From Hormiphora californensis (lineage: Eukaryota; Animalia; Ctenophora): a stretch of DNA of 64,000 nt. The notes under the pieces were generated by a model. It had not been told where the DNA came from, ran no database searches, and saw nothing but the letters and a program-made list of their open reading frames with translations. Shown here piece after piece: positions 50,775-63,014 of the stretch. Each line of letters starts with the position of its first letter. Position 1 is the first letter of the stretch. The translations under genes were made by a program, and so were the position numbers. Location of the stretch: positions 9,486,001 through 9,550,000 of the forward strand of contig CM035351.1 in NCBI GenBank assembly GCA_020137815.1. Direction: 5' to 3'.

Positions 50775-52149
50775 CAGAAGGGATGTGATCTCATTAAAGA
50801 TTAGTACAGGTGTTGTGCAACAATGGCAGTACCTTGCGAATCCCTGAGGCAGCTCTCCCAACCCATACAGGGGGTACAGGTAGGGTGATTTGAGGTACTT
50901 GGCAATAGAGTTGAAGTATAATTTCATCCTATTGACGGTCCCAACTGCTGGCTCGTTGATGTACCTGAAATGAAGGCGTGTGTAAGAAGATGGTGTGAGA
51001 CGCGCAGGCGGAACAATAACAATGACAACTCTTCACGTTTTGAGTGCGCGCACCACCCCGGTAGACCCCGCTCAGATCAGTGCTCCACCTCTTCAGACAG
51101 CACTTTGCACAACATGGTGTCGGGTGTGCGAACTGTCTCTCATCACACAGGACTGAGCCACACCCAAAAGAGATAGCTAAAGACAGCAACATATCAAGTT
51201 AAATGTTGCTGTAGATTTTCAGAAAAAGACAGTGTGACAGTTTTTCCGCACCACCATGTACAAGACTCACTCATCATTTCTGTAGAGGGCAATGGCGTGA
51301 CCAACGAAATCTCGGACGTTGGTGTCAAGCTTGTACTTTTCGTAAAGAGCAGACATGGGCATAGTGGTGAGGTCCAAACCTGAAAATAATGGGAGAAGTT
51401 AGATTTCAAATGTTCAGGGATCAGGGACTGTTATTATTTGAATCTGTGGCTGTTCTAATTTGAATCACTGTTAATTGACACTGTTACCCACCATCATGAG
51501 TGGAAGGGTCCTTCTCGTCGTATTTGAAGACGAACACCAACAGATTCCTAAACCTCCTCTTCTCAAAAAGACCAAGAAGGGAAGAACTAAGGGCCTCGGT
51601 CTCAGTTCCTGGAACCTTGTGTGTTTTGCCCCCTTTGTATACATAGCTACCATCAACCTGTTTGAACTCCAGGTACCTTGTTACCCCAGTGTAGATTAGC
51701 AGCTTCACCAGTAGACCTGTAGAGAGAGAGGGGGTTGGAATTTAATACTTTGGAATTTAAAGAATGGACATCAAGATTCCAATGTATCGGTACATACCAT
51801 CAGCCATGAGGAATTTAGGGATAAGATCCACATTCCATGCTCGGGACTTTCCATAGCTCGACAAGTCACAATCCTTCTTGTTAAAGTGCTCAAACAGCTG
51901 GTGAGATAATGGGGCCGGGTTAATTTATATTGTTAAAGTGGTAATAAGTAGATCTACCCCCTCACAGAGCGGTGTGAGCCACACTAGAAACCTCCTCACC
52001 TGTTCAAGATACATGGAGGCACAGTCCCCGCCATAATAGTTGTTCCTATCCATGTGGAGGACCTTCTTGCCAGAGACAGAGAGGAGTCCAGATAGGACAC
52101 ACTCCTTCAATCCAGTACCCAGAATAATGGCATCATATTCATCGTCCAT
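49814..52149 (-). CDS. GDI: Rab GDP-dissociation inhibitor, about 8 exons
   Basis: [41 protein letters not shown]; [17 protein letters not shown]; [31 protein letters not shown]; [12 protein letters not shown]. Confidence 0.97.
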
Positions 52150-52623
52150 AGTGGCGTGGGGTCTAGCTATAGAGGTAGGGGGTTAGTGGGGTGGGGCTAG
52201 CTGTATAACGAGGTAGTGGGGTTAGTGGGGTATAGCTATTTAGCAGAGGTAGGGGAGATTAGTTGGGTGTGACGGGGATAGCTAATTTTGGAAGAAGTGT
52301 GTAGAGCAGGTGCTGGCTGCTATACTAACTGCCAGTTGAAAGAGAAGATATACGGGAGTGTTTTTATGGCAGAAGCACACACACAGGTGAATGCAAAACT
52401 AATTGGTACACACACATCTGCAGCACTGTACAGGAGCTGCACTATACTAGATATGTTTTATTGTGGGGGAGGAAATACACCGAAATTGAGAGAAATTAAA
52501 AAAGATAATAAATTATTACAGAAAAACTAAAGATTAATAAACATGCATCTGCCAGCAGAAGTCTAACTAGAAGGCAAGTTATGTCTGTGAAACTAAATCT
52601 ACCCCAACTAAGTAATATTGTCT

Positions 52624-55294
52624 CTACTTCATAGAACACTTCTGAAGTAATTTCTCCACTTTCCCCACCAGTACATCCACGTCCCCCTTGCTCATCCCCA
52701 CTGCCCCTGCAAAGGTCATGTAGGGTACAGGGCAGGAGGGTGCATGACTCCCAAAACCCTCCAAAGTCACGTGACCTATGGTCTTGGTGACGTCCCCAAC
52801 AACCACTCTCACTCCAGTAACATTACGTAGAAACAACCTACTGCCAATCTCTGACGCGGGAACCTGGGAAAGGAACGGGTTTTTAAAACGACAGGTGTTT
52901 GCTAGAGGTGTAGTGGGACGGCAAGAGGGAAGAAGCAGCTCTGAGGAGAAGAGGAAGAAGTTTCTGCACTTTACAGAGTGCTGTAATCTAACCGTATATA
53001 GAGATGGGGTGAGGGTTAATCCAAGGGAGACCAGGTTCTGTGGGGTATCAAGAACTCTCTCCCCTCTCTCCTTGGCTAGATCAGTCAGTCTTTCTTTCAG
53101 ATAGCTGAACACCTGGCGGAACAAAACAGTGTTAATCTTAGTGAATCATATAATAGTGTATCTAAATAGGGACGGGAGTATCCAAATAACAAAGTATATA
53201 TCATCCCTGCTCTGCCAACTCTAACCTCAGATCGTGTATCTAGTAGGTTAATCAGCCCACTCCGTCCCATACTAAGTAGGGTGATGAACAGGTCCAGGGT
53301 GGGGGTGCTGCTCCCCCTACCCGGGTACACCTGAGAGACACCCTTAATGACGTCACTAGTGAATCCAGCCACAATACTACCACCTACTGGCACCATGAAG
53401 TTCTTATCCAAACTCTGCACATACATATCAACACGACCTGCAGGTAGATATCATGTGGGTTTATGAAAGTAGTAATCAATGGTATCTGCTCGTTAGTTTG
53501 TAACCACTACTATATATGCGCTGCATCTCTCAAAACAAGACCATGGCTTTAAATCAGCTCCTACCTTGAAGCGATGCAGAGTTAATTTGTGCCATGTATT
53601 TAGGGATCTGAATACCATAAGCGTTGTTGATGACATGAGGTCTGGAGTACTTTTTACACAACTCTGCAACTTTAACCACCCTGAGTAGTATAGAGAGAGA
53701 TGTTGTTAGGAGGAGTACACGACTACATATTACATCACTCTGAGCTGATGATAAACTAGTAGTAACTGAGATGCTATTCACTATTTTTATTGAGTCATTC
53801 ACTCTTTTTATACACCTGATCTTGTCATGCATAGTGCCATCACGCTATACTACTGCATAATATAATGCACGTATTATTGTTTCTCTATGCAATGTTCTCT
53901 GTGTTACTATTATTCTCGTTTCTATACAACAGTACGAACAGTTTAGTTTTATAGATCACATTACAACTAGAACACATCCACAACCCCACTAGATAATTCC
54001 CTATTTTCAATTTCCCACGCCGAAACTGTCAACTACTTCTTGACATATACCAGCCACACATTGCCATATTTGGTATTGTATAGGTGAGAATTAAACCAAC
54101 CTGTCGGGGGAGCGGGGAGCGAAGCAGGATGTGGTAGAGATTACAGCCAGAACATCCTCCCCATATCTCTCCAACTCCCTCTCTAGAGTCTCCACATTAG
54201 TCTGTATTGCATCTCCCTTTACTACTGGCTCTATCACCACCACAGTACAACCTGCTGTCTGGGGCGCCTTGATACAGGTTTTCTGATCAATTCGGAGCCA
54301 TAATACTACACTGAAATGTGGGGAATTAGTCGAGTCAGTGGGGACTAGAGAGAGTAGGGACTAGATAGAGTAGGGAGAGTGGCTAAACTGAAAATATATA
54401 CCACTATTCTTCAATCAATAACACTAACTTAGATTTTGGGTTCTCCTGTTTCAAATACAGTAGGGACAGTGTCAGGGCCATTCCGGTAGCTACAGGTAGT
54501 ACAACACACGCCTTAGTATTCTTACATCCCACATGTCTGAGGACATCCAGTACTAGACCCTCTGTTATCCTGCACATCAGTGCTGAACCTGCTGCCTGGA
54601 GAGGGGAGAGGGGGTGTTATTAACATTGGATATGAGAGAAGGGTAAATGATAACACTGGATTGAGAACATTAAGTATGGTATCAGATCACACATTGCATG
54701 CTAAGTTTAATACTAAATCACAGTTCACACTCATGTGTGATGTGATCACTAAATCACAGTTCACTCACACTCATGTGATCACTAAATCACAGTTCACACA
54801 CACTCATATGATCAGGTTAAATCACACACACAGTTGATTATTGTGTACCTCTCTCTCATGTTCCGACCTTGGGCTGGTTAGCAGCGATATCCCCGCTCCG
54901 ACCGATCCCGTGAGCTAGGTTATAGTGTCGCCTGGCAACCAAACTAGAGTATATCCTCCCCTCCCTCTCACCACCACCAACATTACCTAATAGGGAGATA
55001 GTGGGGAGGTTTAAACCTCAAGTTAACCACAGTGTTGCAACACCACTACCCACTACGTTAATCCTGCAGTTAACTATACCATCACTCCAACGTACCAATA
55101 AAGTTATTTGAATCCATCATTGCAAGTTGAGCCATTAACCTCTCTATCTGGAGGTCAGTCCACCCTGTTTCAGGTAGTCTCCTCTGTTCAATAAGATGTG
55201 TGATGGCATTGTCAGCACTCTGCAAACTACCACATCCCTGTTCAATGTACCCCTTACCAACGAGTTTACCAGCTGCACCTAGAGCTCCCTCCAT
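52624..55294 (-). CDS. SEPSECS: O-phosphoseryl-tRNA(Sec) selenium transferase, about 7 exons
   Basis: RRLPETGW...LAMMDSNNF; [27 protein letters not shown]; [11 protein letters not shown]; [10 protein letters not shown]; [14 protein letters not shown] (PLP lysine); YPGRGS; [16 protein letters not shown]. Confidence 0.95.
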
Positions 55295-55494
55295 GCTAGA
55301 ATAACAAGGTTTGTAAATGATCGGATTGTAAAATAAATAAGAAAACTGTGTTACTGAAAAAAGACAAGTACAAAATATGCATACATAAAAACACTTCAAG
55401 AAAACATCTGATATAACAACTCTAAGTGTAGTCCATGTATTTTGAAATTCAAACAAAGTCTTGTATCAGGTCCTTTCTTAAGAAACACCAATAA

Positions 55495-57724
55495 TTATTT
55501 AGAAGCACTAGCGACAGTCTCTGGTGTGCACTGTTGCTCGATGACATCCAGTGTTTCCACTGCTGCCACAGGTAGTCTGGTGCCAGGTCCAAATATCTGT
55601 GCCACACCCTCCTTCCTCAAATCATCGTAATCCTGAGGAGGAATCACCCCACCCACTATAACCACTATATCAGGCCTTCCCAGGGCTTTCAATTCTGCAA
55701 TCAGTTCAGGAACAAGGGTCCTGTGTCCTGCAGCAAGAGAGCTGACCCCAACAACATGGACATCAGCATCAATCGCCTGTTGGGCGACCTCTCCAGGTGT
55801 CTGGAAGAGTGGTCCAATATCAACATCATAACCAATATCAGAGAACCCAGTAGCAATGATCTTCTGTCCCTGATCATGTCCATCTTGGCCAGCCTTAGCA
55901 ACCAAGATCCTTGGCCTCCTTCCAGTTTCCTCAAGGAACTGCTGGGTACGTTGCTTAGCAACCGTTATATCATCATGTTCCCCGTACTCGCTGCTGTACA
56001 CCCCAGAGATGAGGTTGATGGAGGCTGTGTGTCGCTGGAATACAACCTCCATAGCGTCTGATATCTCACCCACAGTGGCCCTAGCACGTGCAGCATCCAC
56101 AGCAGCTGACAACAGGTTCCCCTCGCCTGATCGACACACCTCAGTAATCTTCTCCAGACATGCCCTCAACTCACCCTCATTCCTGGCACTCCTGATCTTC
56201 ACCAGTTTATCAACTTGTTTCTGCCTCACATCGGTGTTATCAATAGCTAGCACCTCAACAGAATCCACCACATCAGGACGGTACTTGTTCACTCCCACTA
56301 CCACATCTTTACCAGAGTCAAACCGGGCCTGCTTCTTTGCTGCACACTCCTCGATTCTCATCTTGGGGAGACCCGCATCCAGTGCTGCTGTCATACCACC
56401 CAGATCCTCTACCTCCTGTATCAGTTTCATTGCAGCATTGTACATGTCATCAGTCAGACTCTCCATCATGTAGCTACCACCCCAGGGGTCCGCTACCTTG
56501 GTGATACCCGTCTCTTCCTGGATAATTAGCTGGGTGTTCCGGGCTATCCGGGCTGAGAAAGGTGTTGGTAGACCCAGGGCCTCGTCGAACGAGTTGGTGT
56601 GGAGAGATTGAGTTCCCCCAAACACAGCAGCCATCCCCTCAATACAGGTCCGCACCACATTGTTGTAGGGATCCTGTTCTCTCAGTGACCACCCACTAGT
56701 CTGAGAGTGGGCACGAAGTAACATGCTCTTCTCGTTTTTAGCCCCAAACTTCTCACTCAACAAATCAGCCCAGAGTCGCCTGCCTGCTCTCTGTTTAGCA
56801 ATCTCAAGGTAAAAGTTCATGCCCACACACCAGAAGAAGCTAAGACGAGGTGCAAACTTATCAATATCCAGCCCAGCCGCCATACCAGCACGGCAGTACT
56901 CCAGCCCGTCTGCTATGGTGTACGCTAACTCTGTGACTGTGTCCTGCTCCTGCTTCCTGCATGTGGTACCCCGAGATGGAGATACTGTTGTATTTGGGCA
57001 TGTGCTCAGCACAATACCTGAAGATATCAGATATGATCCTGATTGATTGGTGGGGTGGGTAAATGTAGGTGTTCCGTACCATAAACTCTTTGAGAATATC
57101 ATTCTGGATGGTCCCGGTGAGCTGCTGCCACGGGCACCCCCTGCTCCTCCCCGGCCACAATGAACATGGCCAGAACGGGGAGTACCGCTCCATTCATCGT
57201 CATGGAGACGGATATCTTCTCCAGAGGGATGCCATCAAATAGTGCCTTCATATCTTCCACCGTATCCACGGCAACCCCTGCCATACCAACATCACCAGAT
57301 ACCCTCGGGTTATCACTAGTCATACCCCCTGTGGGTAGCCAGATCAAACGCCACGCTGAGACCCTGTTGGCCAGGCTGCCAGGTTTTTCTTATAAAACTT
57401 GTTGCTTTCCTCGACTGTGCTAAATCCAGCGTACTGCCGGATTGTCCAGGGGCGTCCAGCGTACATTGTAGGATAGGGTCCCCGAGTGAAGGGGAACTTT
57501 CCCGGCAGTTCCGCATCTTTACCCTCCGTATCAGCAGCAGTATAGATGGGTTTCACCTTCAGTCCCTCTAGAGTGTGCCAAGTTAGAGTCTCAGAGGGGT
57601 CTTTACCCTTCAGTTGTTTCCTAGCCAGAGCCTCCCATTCGGGGTCTAGTGGCTTGCTCGTACTGGAACACCGGTGAAGGGTTGACACAAGGAGCCGTCT
57701 CTTGCCTCCCACACCCCGTAACAT
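55495..57724 (-). CDS. MMUT: Methylmalonyl-CoA mutase, mitochondrial; intronless, with about 4 apparent frameshifts between 56940 and 57375
   Basis: [30 protein letters not shown]; [13 protein letters not shown]; [11 protein letters not shown]; [21 protein letters not shown]; [11 protein letters not shown]; B12-binding GQDGHDQG; SSLAAGH. Confidence 0.95.
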
Positions 57725-58111
57725 TGCACTTTGAGGAGGGGTTAGATAGTAAGGTATATACTGCAAAACGGACCAGACACAGTGATTAGAAGTGCATCAT
57801 TTACAAAACGGTAAATTGAATCAAACCATAAAAAGTAAATATTGAGAGGAAAATATATGGGAGAGAAAGAGTGGGAGAGTGGGAGAGATAGAGGGAATTA
57901 AAGCAATGAAAGAGAGATGACGTGTAATTTCTACAACAATAAGCAAAATATACTCTCTCCTTTCTTCAGGGATCAAATCTCTCCTTTCTTTAACTTTTCT
58001 TGAAATTAAAATAAAAGACTCTGAAGTTTCAGTAGGAAGATGAGTCATCCTCACCACCAGCGGTTTCACTGTGAAGGAATGGCTGAGATTTTGGGGGTTC
58101 CCTGTTTTTCA

Positions 58112-59528
58112 TCAATGTATATCGGGTCTCGATTGTGTTCTTTCGGGGTCGAATCTGAGGGTTGTGTTGGTTAGATTATTATAATTTGGCCTTATTAGGG
58201 GAGGGTGGAGTAAGGTCGAGAGGGCCACGGGGTTGCACTTCCTCAGCACAGAAGAATATTTCTATTAAAAGACAGAGTTGAATTATAAATAATTCGAAAT
58301 ACAAAGAAGAACAACCTGTATGTGATGGGGTGGGAAGACAGACTGTTTGCTGATATGATATGATATGGCTTGTAGAATCTTAGCATTGTCTATTAGACAG
58401 GTCGGCTGAACACACTCTATCAACTGTTCTGGGTCAATAAACGGTAATCGAACATGCACCAAGATAGGCTCCAGCAACGTCCTAAAAACACAAGTTGTTA
58501 TATTGGGGGCAGGGAGGGGTGAGTGGGGTGAGTTATTATAAAAATATGTTGGCAACTCGGTAACCATGGAAACACAACTCACTTCAGTGAAGCACTGCAC
58601 TGCCTCCGTCTCCTCCCCATTACATGCTCCTCATCACTACTCTCACTGTACTCGCTGGTAACCACACTTCCTGACTCTGACCCTACTTCACCTGTCCGCA
58701 CCCTCCCAAGCTGAACTAACGACTCAAAAAGTTCCAATTCAGTCAAGTTCAGGTCATCTGAAGCTACCATCCGCTCCAGAATCTCGTTTGGAATTGATTC
58801 CTGGAAGCATTTGCTGAAGAAAATATCCTTAGCGTTACCGAGCATGAACCGGTGGCAATATTTGTACAGAGTCTGAACATTGTGAGTGTTTGCAAAGATT
58901 ATAAATTTAACAACGTTAGTCATGTCCACCAGACACTTTCCTATCCAGTCTCCTACACTTTCCTTCACAGATTCTATCGCGTAATAATCCGCCATCCGGA
59001 TCAGATCCTGTACAGTGTCCTTGTTTAGTCGGATCTGACCCGTATACATGAATCTGATGAGAGTTTCAAACACTGCTGCGTCCTGATTAGGTAACCTGAT
59101 AACGCTCTGAGTGCTCTCCTCCATCCCACTGAAGAAGAGGGCTGCGAAGTGTTTACTGTGTGTCGATAGAACTATCTTGTGGGCTCGTATCAGGGTTTCA
59201 GAGGGGCCTATCAGGAATGAGATATCACTTCTCTCCCCGGTATCGTACAGTATACCCCATGCCTGGGAGAAAAAGTTGAGTCTGTCAAGGGAAGGGAAGT
59301 AATAGTGTTTGTCAAGGGAAGGAAAATTGTGTTCCTTCAGAGTTCAGTAATATTGAAACAAAAGGGCCTTTTGGCTTCCCGAAAATCGAAATAGCCACTG
59401 ATATAAAAATAACTAGAAAACTTGGAGTAGCCTCTGACATACCTCACCTTACAGAGACTGCCCTCCAGCTCCAGTAGATTACTTTCACTGTCCCTTTTCT
59501 CCCCGCCACGTCTCTGTCTCCGTGCCAT
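58112..59528 (-). CDS. BTB/POZ-BACK domain protein, about 4 exons (3' end approximate)
   Basis: SDISFLIG..LIRAHKIVLSTHSKHFAALFFSGMEES...FETLIRFMYTGQIRL...ADYYAIESVK; BACK-like SDDLNLTELELFE, VHVRLPFIDP. Confidence 0.85.
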
Positions 59529-59604
59529 TGGTCTGCAAAATATGTAACTGTGTTATATAGCAAGGTGTAATTCACTGAATTGGACTAGTAGGCACACTAT
59601 AGTA

Positions 59605-59827
59605 CCCAGCAAACACAGTTGGCGTGAGTTGCTTGTCAGCGCCAAATTTCAGACGGCCATAGATCCACCCCCTGATAAGATAGAGACTCGAAATTTGTTT
59701 TGTAAGGAGATCATGTCGAGTTCTTCTTACACAACAAATTTCAAGTCTCTATCTTACCAGGGAGTGGAGCTATGACCGTCTGAAATTTGGCGCTGGCAAG
59801 CAATTCACGCCAACTGTGTTTGCTGGG
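59605..59827. mobile_element. 223-bp palindromic MITE, CCCAGC termini, TA flanks (EnSpm/CMC-like termini)
   Basis: TA|CCCAGCAAACACAGTTGGCGTGA...TCACGCCAACTGTGTTTGCTGGG|TA; arms of about 105 bp. Confidence 0.85.
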
Positions 59828-59944
59828 TACTTTAGTGTGGAGTGTAAGAACTAAGATCAAAGAAACGCAAGACATTTTAAAGTGGGTTGAAAATCCAGAG
59901 TGTATGAGTAAAGTAGTCAATAAGTTAATTCTAAAAATTCACAC

Positions 59945-61223
59945 TCAATCATCCCCCATCTTAGCAGTATCATCGTCCCCTCGACACTTTGAGTTCGATA
60001 ACTCTCTCCTGATCTCAGGTGTGATTTTGGGGTGAGTCTGATTCTGCATGAGGATGAAAAGATGCTGCTTCTGTTCCATGGATAGATCCTCTTTGTACCT
60101 CTGAGCGAGGGTTAGTAATGCCTGGTGGAAAAGCACTGGAAGCTCTCTCTTGTCCATTGAAAACCTACAGAAATGTGCCACAAGGGCATCCACTACTCGG
60201 TAGGGGAGGGCGTACCGTTTCTCTAAAAGCACCCTTAGAAAGAGGCTGTTAGCCCCTGAGTAATCCATCTCAGCAATCTTCAGGAGGGCAGCTGAACTGT
60301 GCAGGACGGGTACTGACACCTTCGCCAGAACACTCCCTACTATCACCGCCTCACGGAGGGAACATGTCCCACTTTGTAACATGGGAAGCAGGAGACCCTT
60401 AAAGAATGCTGCTGGTTTGAAGAGGGCCTTCTTGAGGGACTGATAAAGATGAAAGTTGAGACGCCTGTACTCAGCAATATCGTCCCGTATACGTGGCAGT
60501 AGAATCAGATTGTAGAATGTCTGGGCTTGCTCTGATTTGAGGTTCGATGCAAATATCCTGGTTCCCTGGTACACTGCAGCAGCGCTCCACATGTCCGGGC
60601 TAGTCATGAAAAGGGCTTCCTCCCACCTCTCTCCTAGAGAGGGGATGGCTTTAAATGCTTTGGGCAGCTTGCCAGATCTGTATTTCTTCAGTACCTCACC
60701 CACACTTCTGAATAACTTCTCAACTCTACCATCAAACCCAGGTTGGGCACCCTCAGTACCCACGTTGGTACCAATCTCTGTCTCCTTCTCCTTGATTTTC
60801 TCCATAATGATGTCAGCCAGGGTGCGAGTAGGTTGGGCGGTGGTGTTTAGGAACTTGTTGAATACCTCCTCCTCTTGCTCGTTCACAATGACAGGCTCGT
60901 AACACTCTCCCTCAACATCAGAGAGGACCTCATCCTCTCTCACTATCCAGATCACCACCAGTAGCAGGACCTCCCCCTCCTAGAGGTACAGGTGTTTTAT
61001 CATCTTCACTTCCCTGCAGTTCCTTCTGTTGCATCCTCGCCTCACTCAATATCCTCTTTGACATTTGTTCATTCACCTCCATATTCTCGTCCTCATCCCC
61101 TCCCTTTTTCTTTTTGGGCGGTTTAGCATACAGTTTCGGTTGTACTGTGCTCCTCTCTGCATCCTCGATCTGTGTAGCAAGATTCTTACCATGTTGCTTC
61201 TTCTCAAGCTTTATCTTACCCAT
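59945..61223 (-). CDS. BYSL: Bystin (Enp1; 40S biogenesis), intronless, one apparent frameshift near 60950
   Basis: [16 protein letters not shown]; [14 protein letters not shown]; [11 protein letters not shown]; [17 protein letters not shown]; [22 protein letters not shown]; [12 protein letters not shown]; [12 protein letters not shown]. Confidence 0.96.
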
Positions 61224-61409
61224 TGCTGCCCCTAAATGGGTTGAAAATGGTTAAATTTCATAGTAAATTATAGGGAGTCTCGATAAAAATAGTATACGAT
61301 AGATTCAGCACACACACAGGGAATAATTGGTCGACAAAATAAATATATCATCAAGGTAATACAGCATATAATATACCCTCTCTCTTCAGATCTCAAGAAA
61401 ATATAAACT

Positions 61410-62805
61410 TCAGGTTGAATAAAGTTTATGGTAAACTGCAAAAAACGTGTCAAAGTCATCAATAGAAACATCTGATCGGACCCTGGAGTGTATTGGAGGG
61501 GGTGCCACAGGGAGAGGCGGAGGGGAGCGTTTAATATTTGTCAGTAGGATGGATAGAGAATCAAGGGTCGATGCGAGCTGTTTAGTCTGTTTAATGGCAG
61601 CCTCAGAGTGAAGAAATACAGCTCCAATGTTATGACTAGAACCTAGACTCCTCTTGGGGGCGGCAGGTGCTGCCACAGTAGAAGAGTCATTTAAACCTAT
61701 AGGAAGCTGCCGTTCTGACAGCTGAGTAGACCGGGTAGGGGAAGAACGGGTCGAGATAGAGTTTGTTACTGGAGACTTAACTGATAGTTTCACGGGAGAC
61801 TTGGCAGGAGAGCCTAAACGTGACTTGGCAGGAGAGCTCAAACGTGACTTCACCGGTGACTTCACTGGTAGTTTCGCCGGTGATTTAACATGGTGTCCAT
61901 TACACAGACCAGGAGATTTTACAGGAGATATTATAACAGGCGAACAGGGAGGTCTGAGGGGCGTTCCAATTCCAGATTTTCTCGGACTAAAGGGGGTGGT
62001 TGAAGATCTGGTATTCCGTTGTTCCTTGACTGGAGTTGTGTACTCCTCAGGTAGATCCCCATGAAACAATTCCTCGTGGGCAGTGAGAGAGGCCTGGTCA
62101 GCCACCCGTGTACCACAATGCAGGCAGGTCAGTGCGGGACAGTGCTTTACCACGAAACAGCTTGTTATTACTGGGAACTTTGTTTAGACTCCTCTCAAAT
62201 GCACTACACCGGTACCTCCTAGCTGGGCCACTATTGCCACCTTTCCGTGTATCAGATGTTTGTCGCTTGCTCTTCTTATTCAACTGTTCCTCAGATTCAA
62301 TAATAAACTTCTTGGGCCGGCCTCTCTTCCTTTTAGCTGATACTGACGAATCGGAGGAAGGGGCCGTTTCAAATGTAGCGTGACCATTGGTTGTCCCATT
62401 TGGTAATTTCCCAGAAGATGTTGTCCCATTTGGTACTTTCCCAGAAGATGTTGTCCCGTTTGGTACTTTCCCAGAATCTGCGGGTACTGTCCCATTTGGT
62501 ACCTTCCCAGAAGACCCATTTTTGCCAGCTGAGGAGGTGCTAGCTGTGCTACCATCCCCCTCATCCTCATTGATAAATAGATCACCCTCCTGAAGGAGGC
62601 GATATAACGTCCTCCCGCTCTCTAAACTCTTGATAGATCGCCTCCAGTTTCGATGCCGACCCTTCCCAGCTAACCTCTCAAACTGGGCTAGAGTTACAGT
62701 CCCATCTGAACAGGTTACACAGGGCTTCTTGGCGTGGAAGATATCGAGGTCAAGTTGTCCGGGGTGACCGTTGCAGATGATATCAAGAGTCGGAGCATTT
62801 TTCAT
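61410..62805 (-). CDS. SAND-domain + AT-hook + C2H2 zinc-finger protein; 2 exons (intron about 62161-62213)
   Basis: LDIICNGHPGQL...CVTCSDGTVTLAQFERLAGKGRHRNWRRSIK...TLYRLLQEG (SAND; KDWK motif present as RNWR); KRKRGRPKK (AT-hook); AG|gtacc...aag|C joins to LTCLHCG...SLTAHEELFH; KSP-rich tail. Confidence 0.75.
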
Positions 62806-63014
62806 GCTGGAAAACAAGGTTAGAAATAACAGGGAGTTACACAGTTAGAGAGAATGATATCACGACACGGAGGTTTCTTGAAGAGAAAAAGTAAAGTAAA
62901 AAACATATACACGATACGACGATGTTACGATAACTTATTTGTACAAATATGATAATCTAATTTACAAAAAACGGGGTGTGATATTAGCAACCAGCGCTTT
63001 ATGATCCGATCACA

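Noticed and set aside
52624-57724. Functional cofactor cluster (selenium + B12) from SEPSECS-MMUT adjacency
   Set aside because: No shared pathway; the other neighbours are unrelated housekeeping genes.
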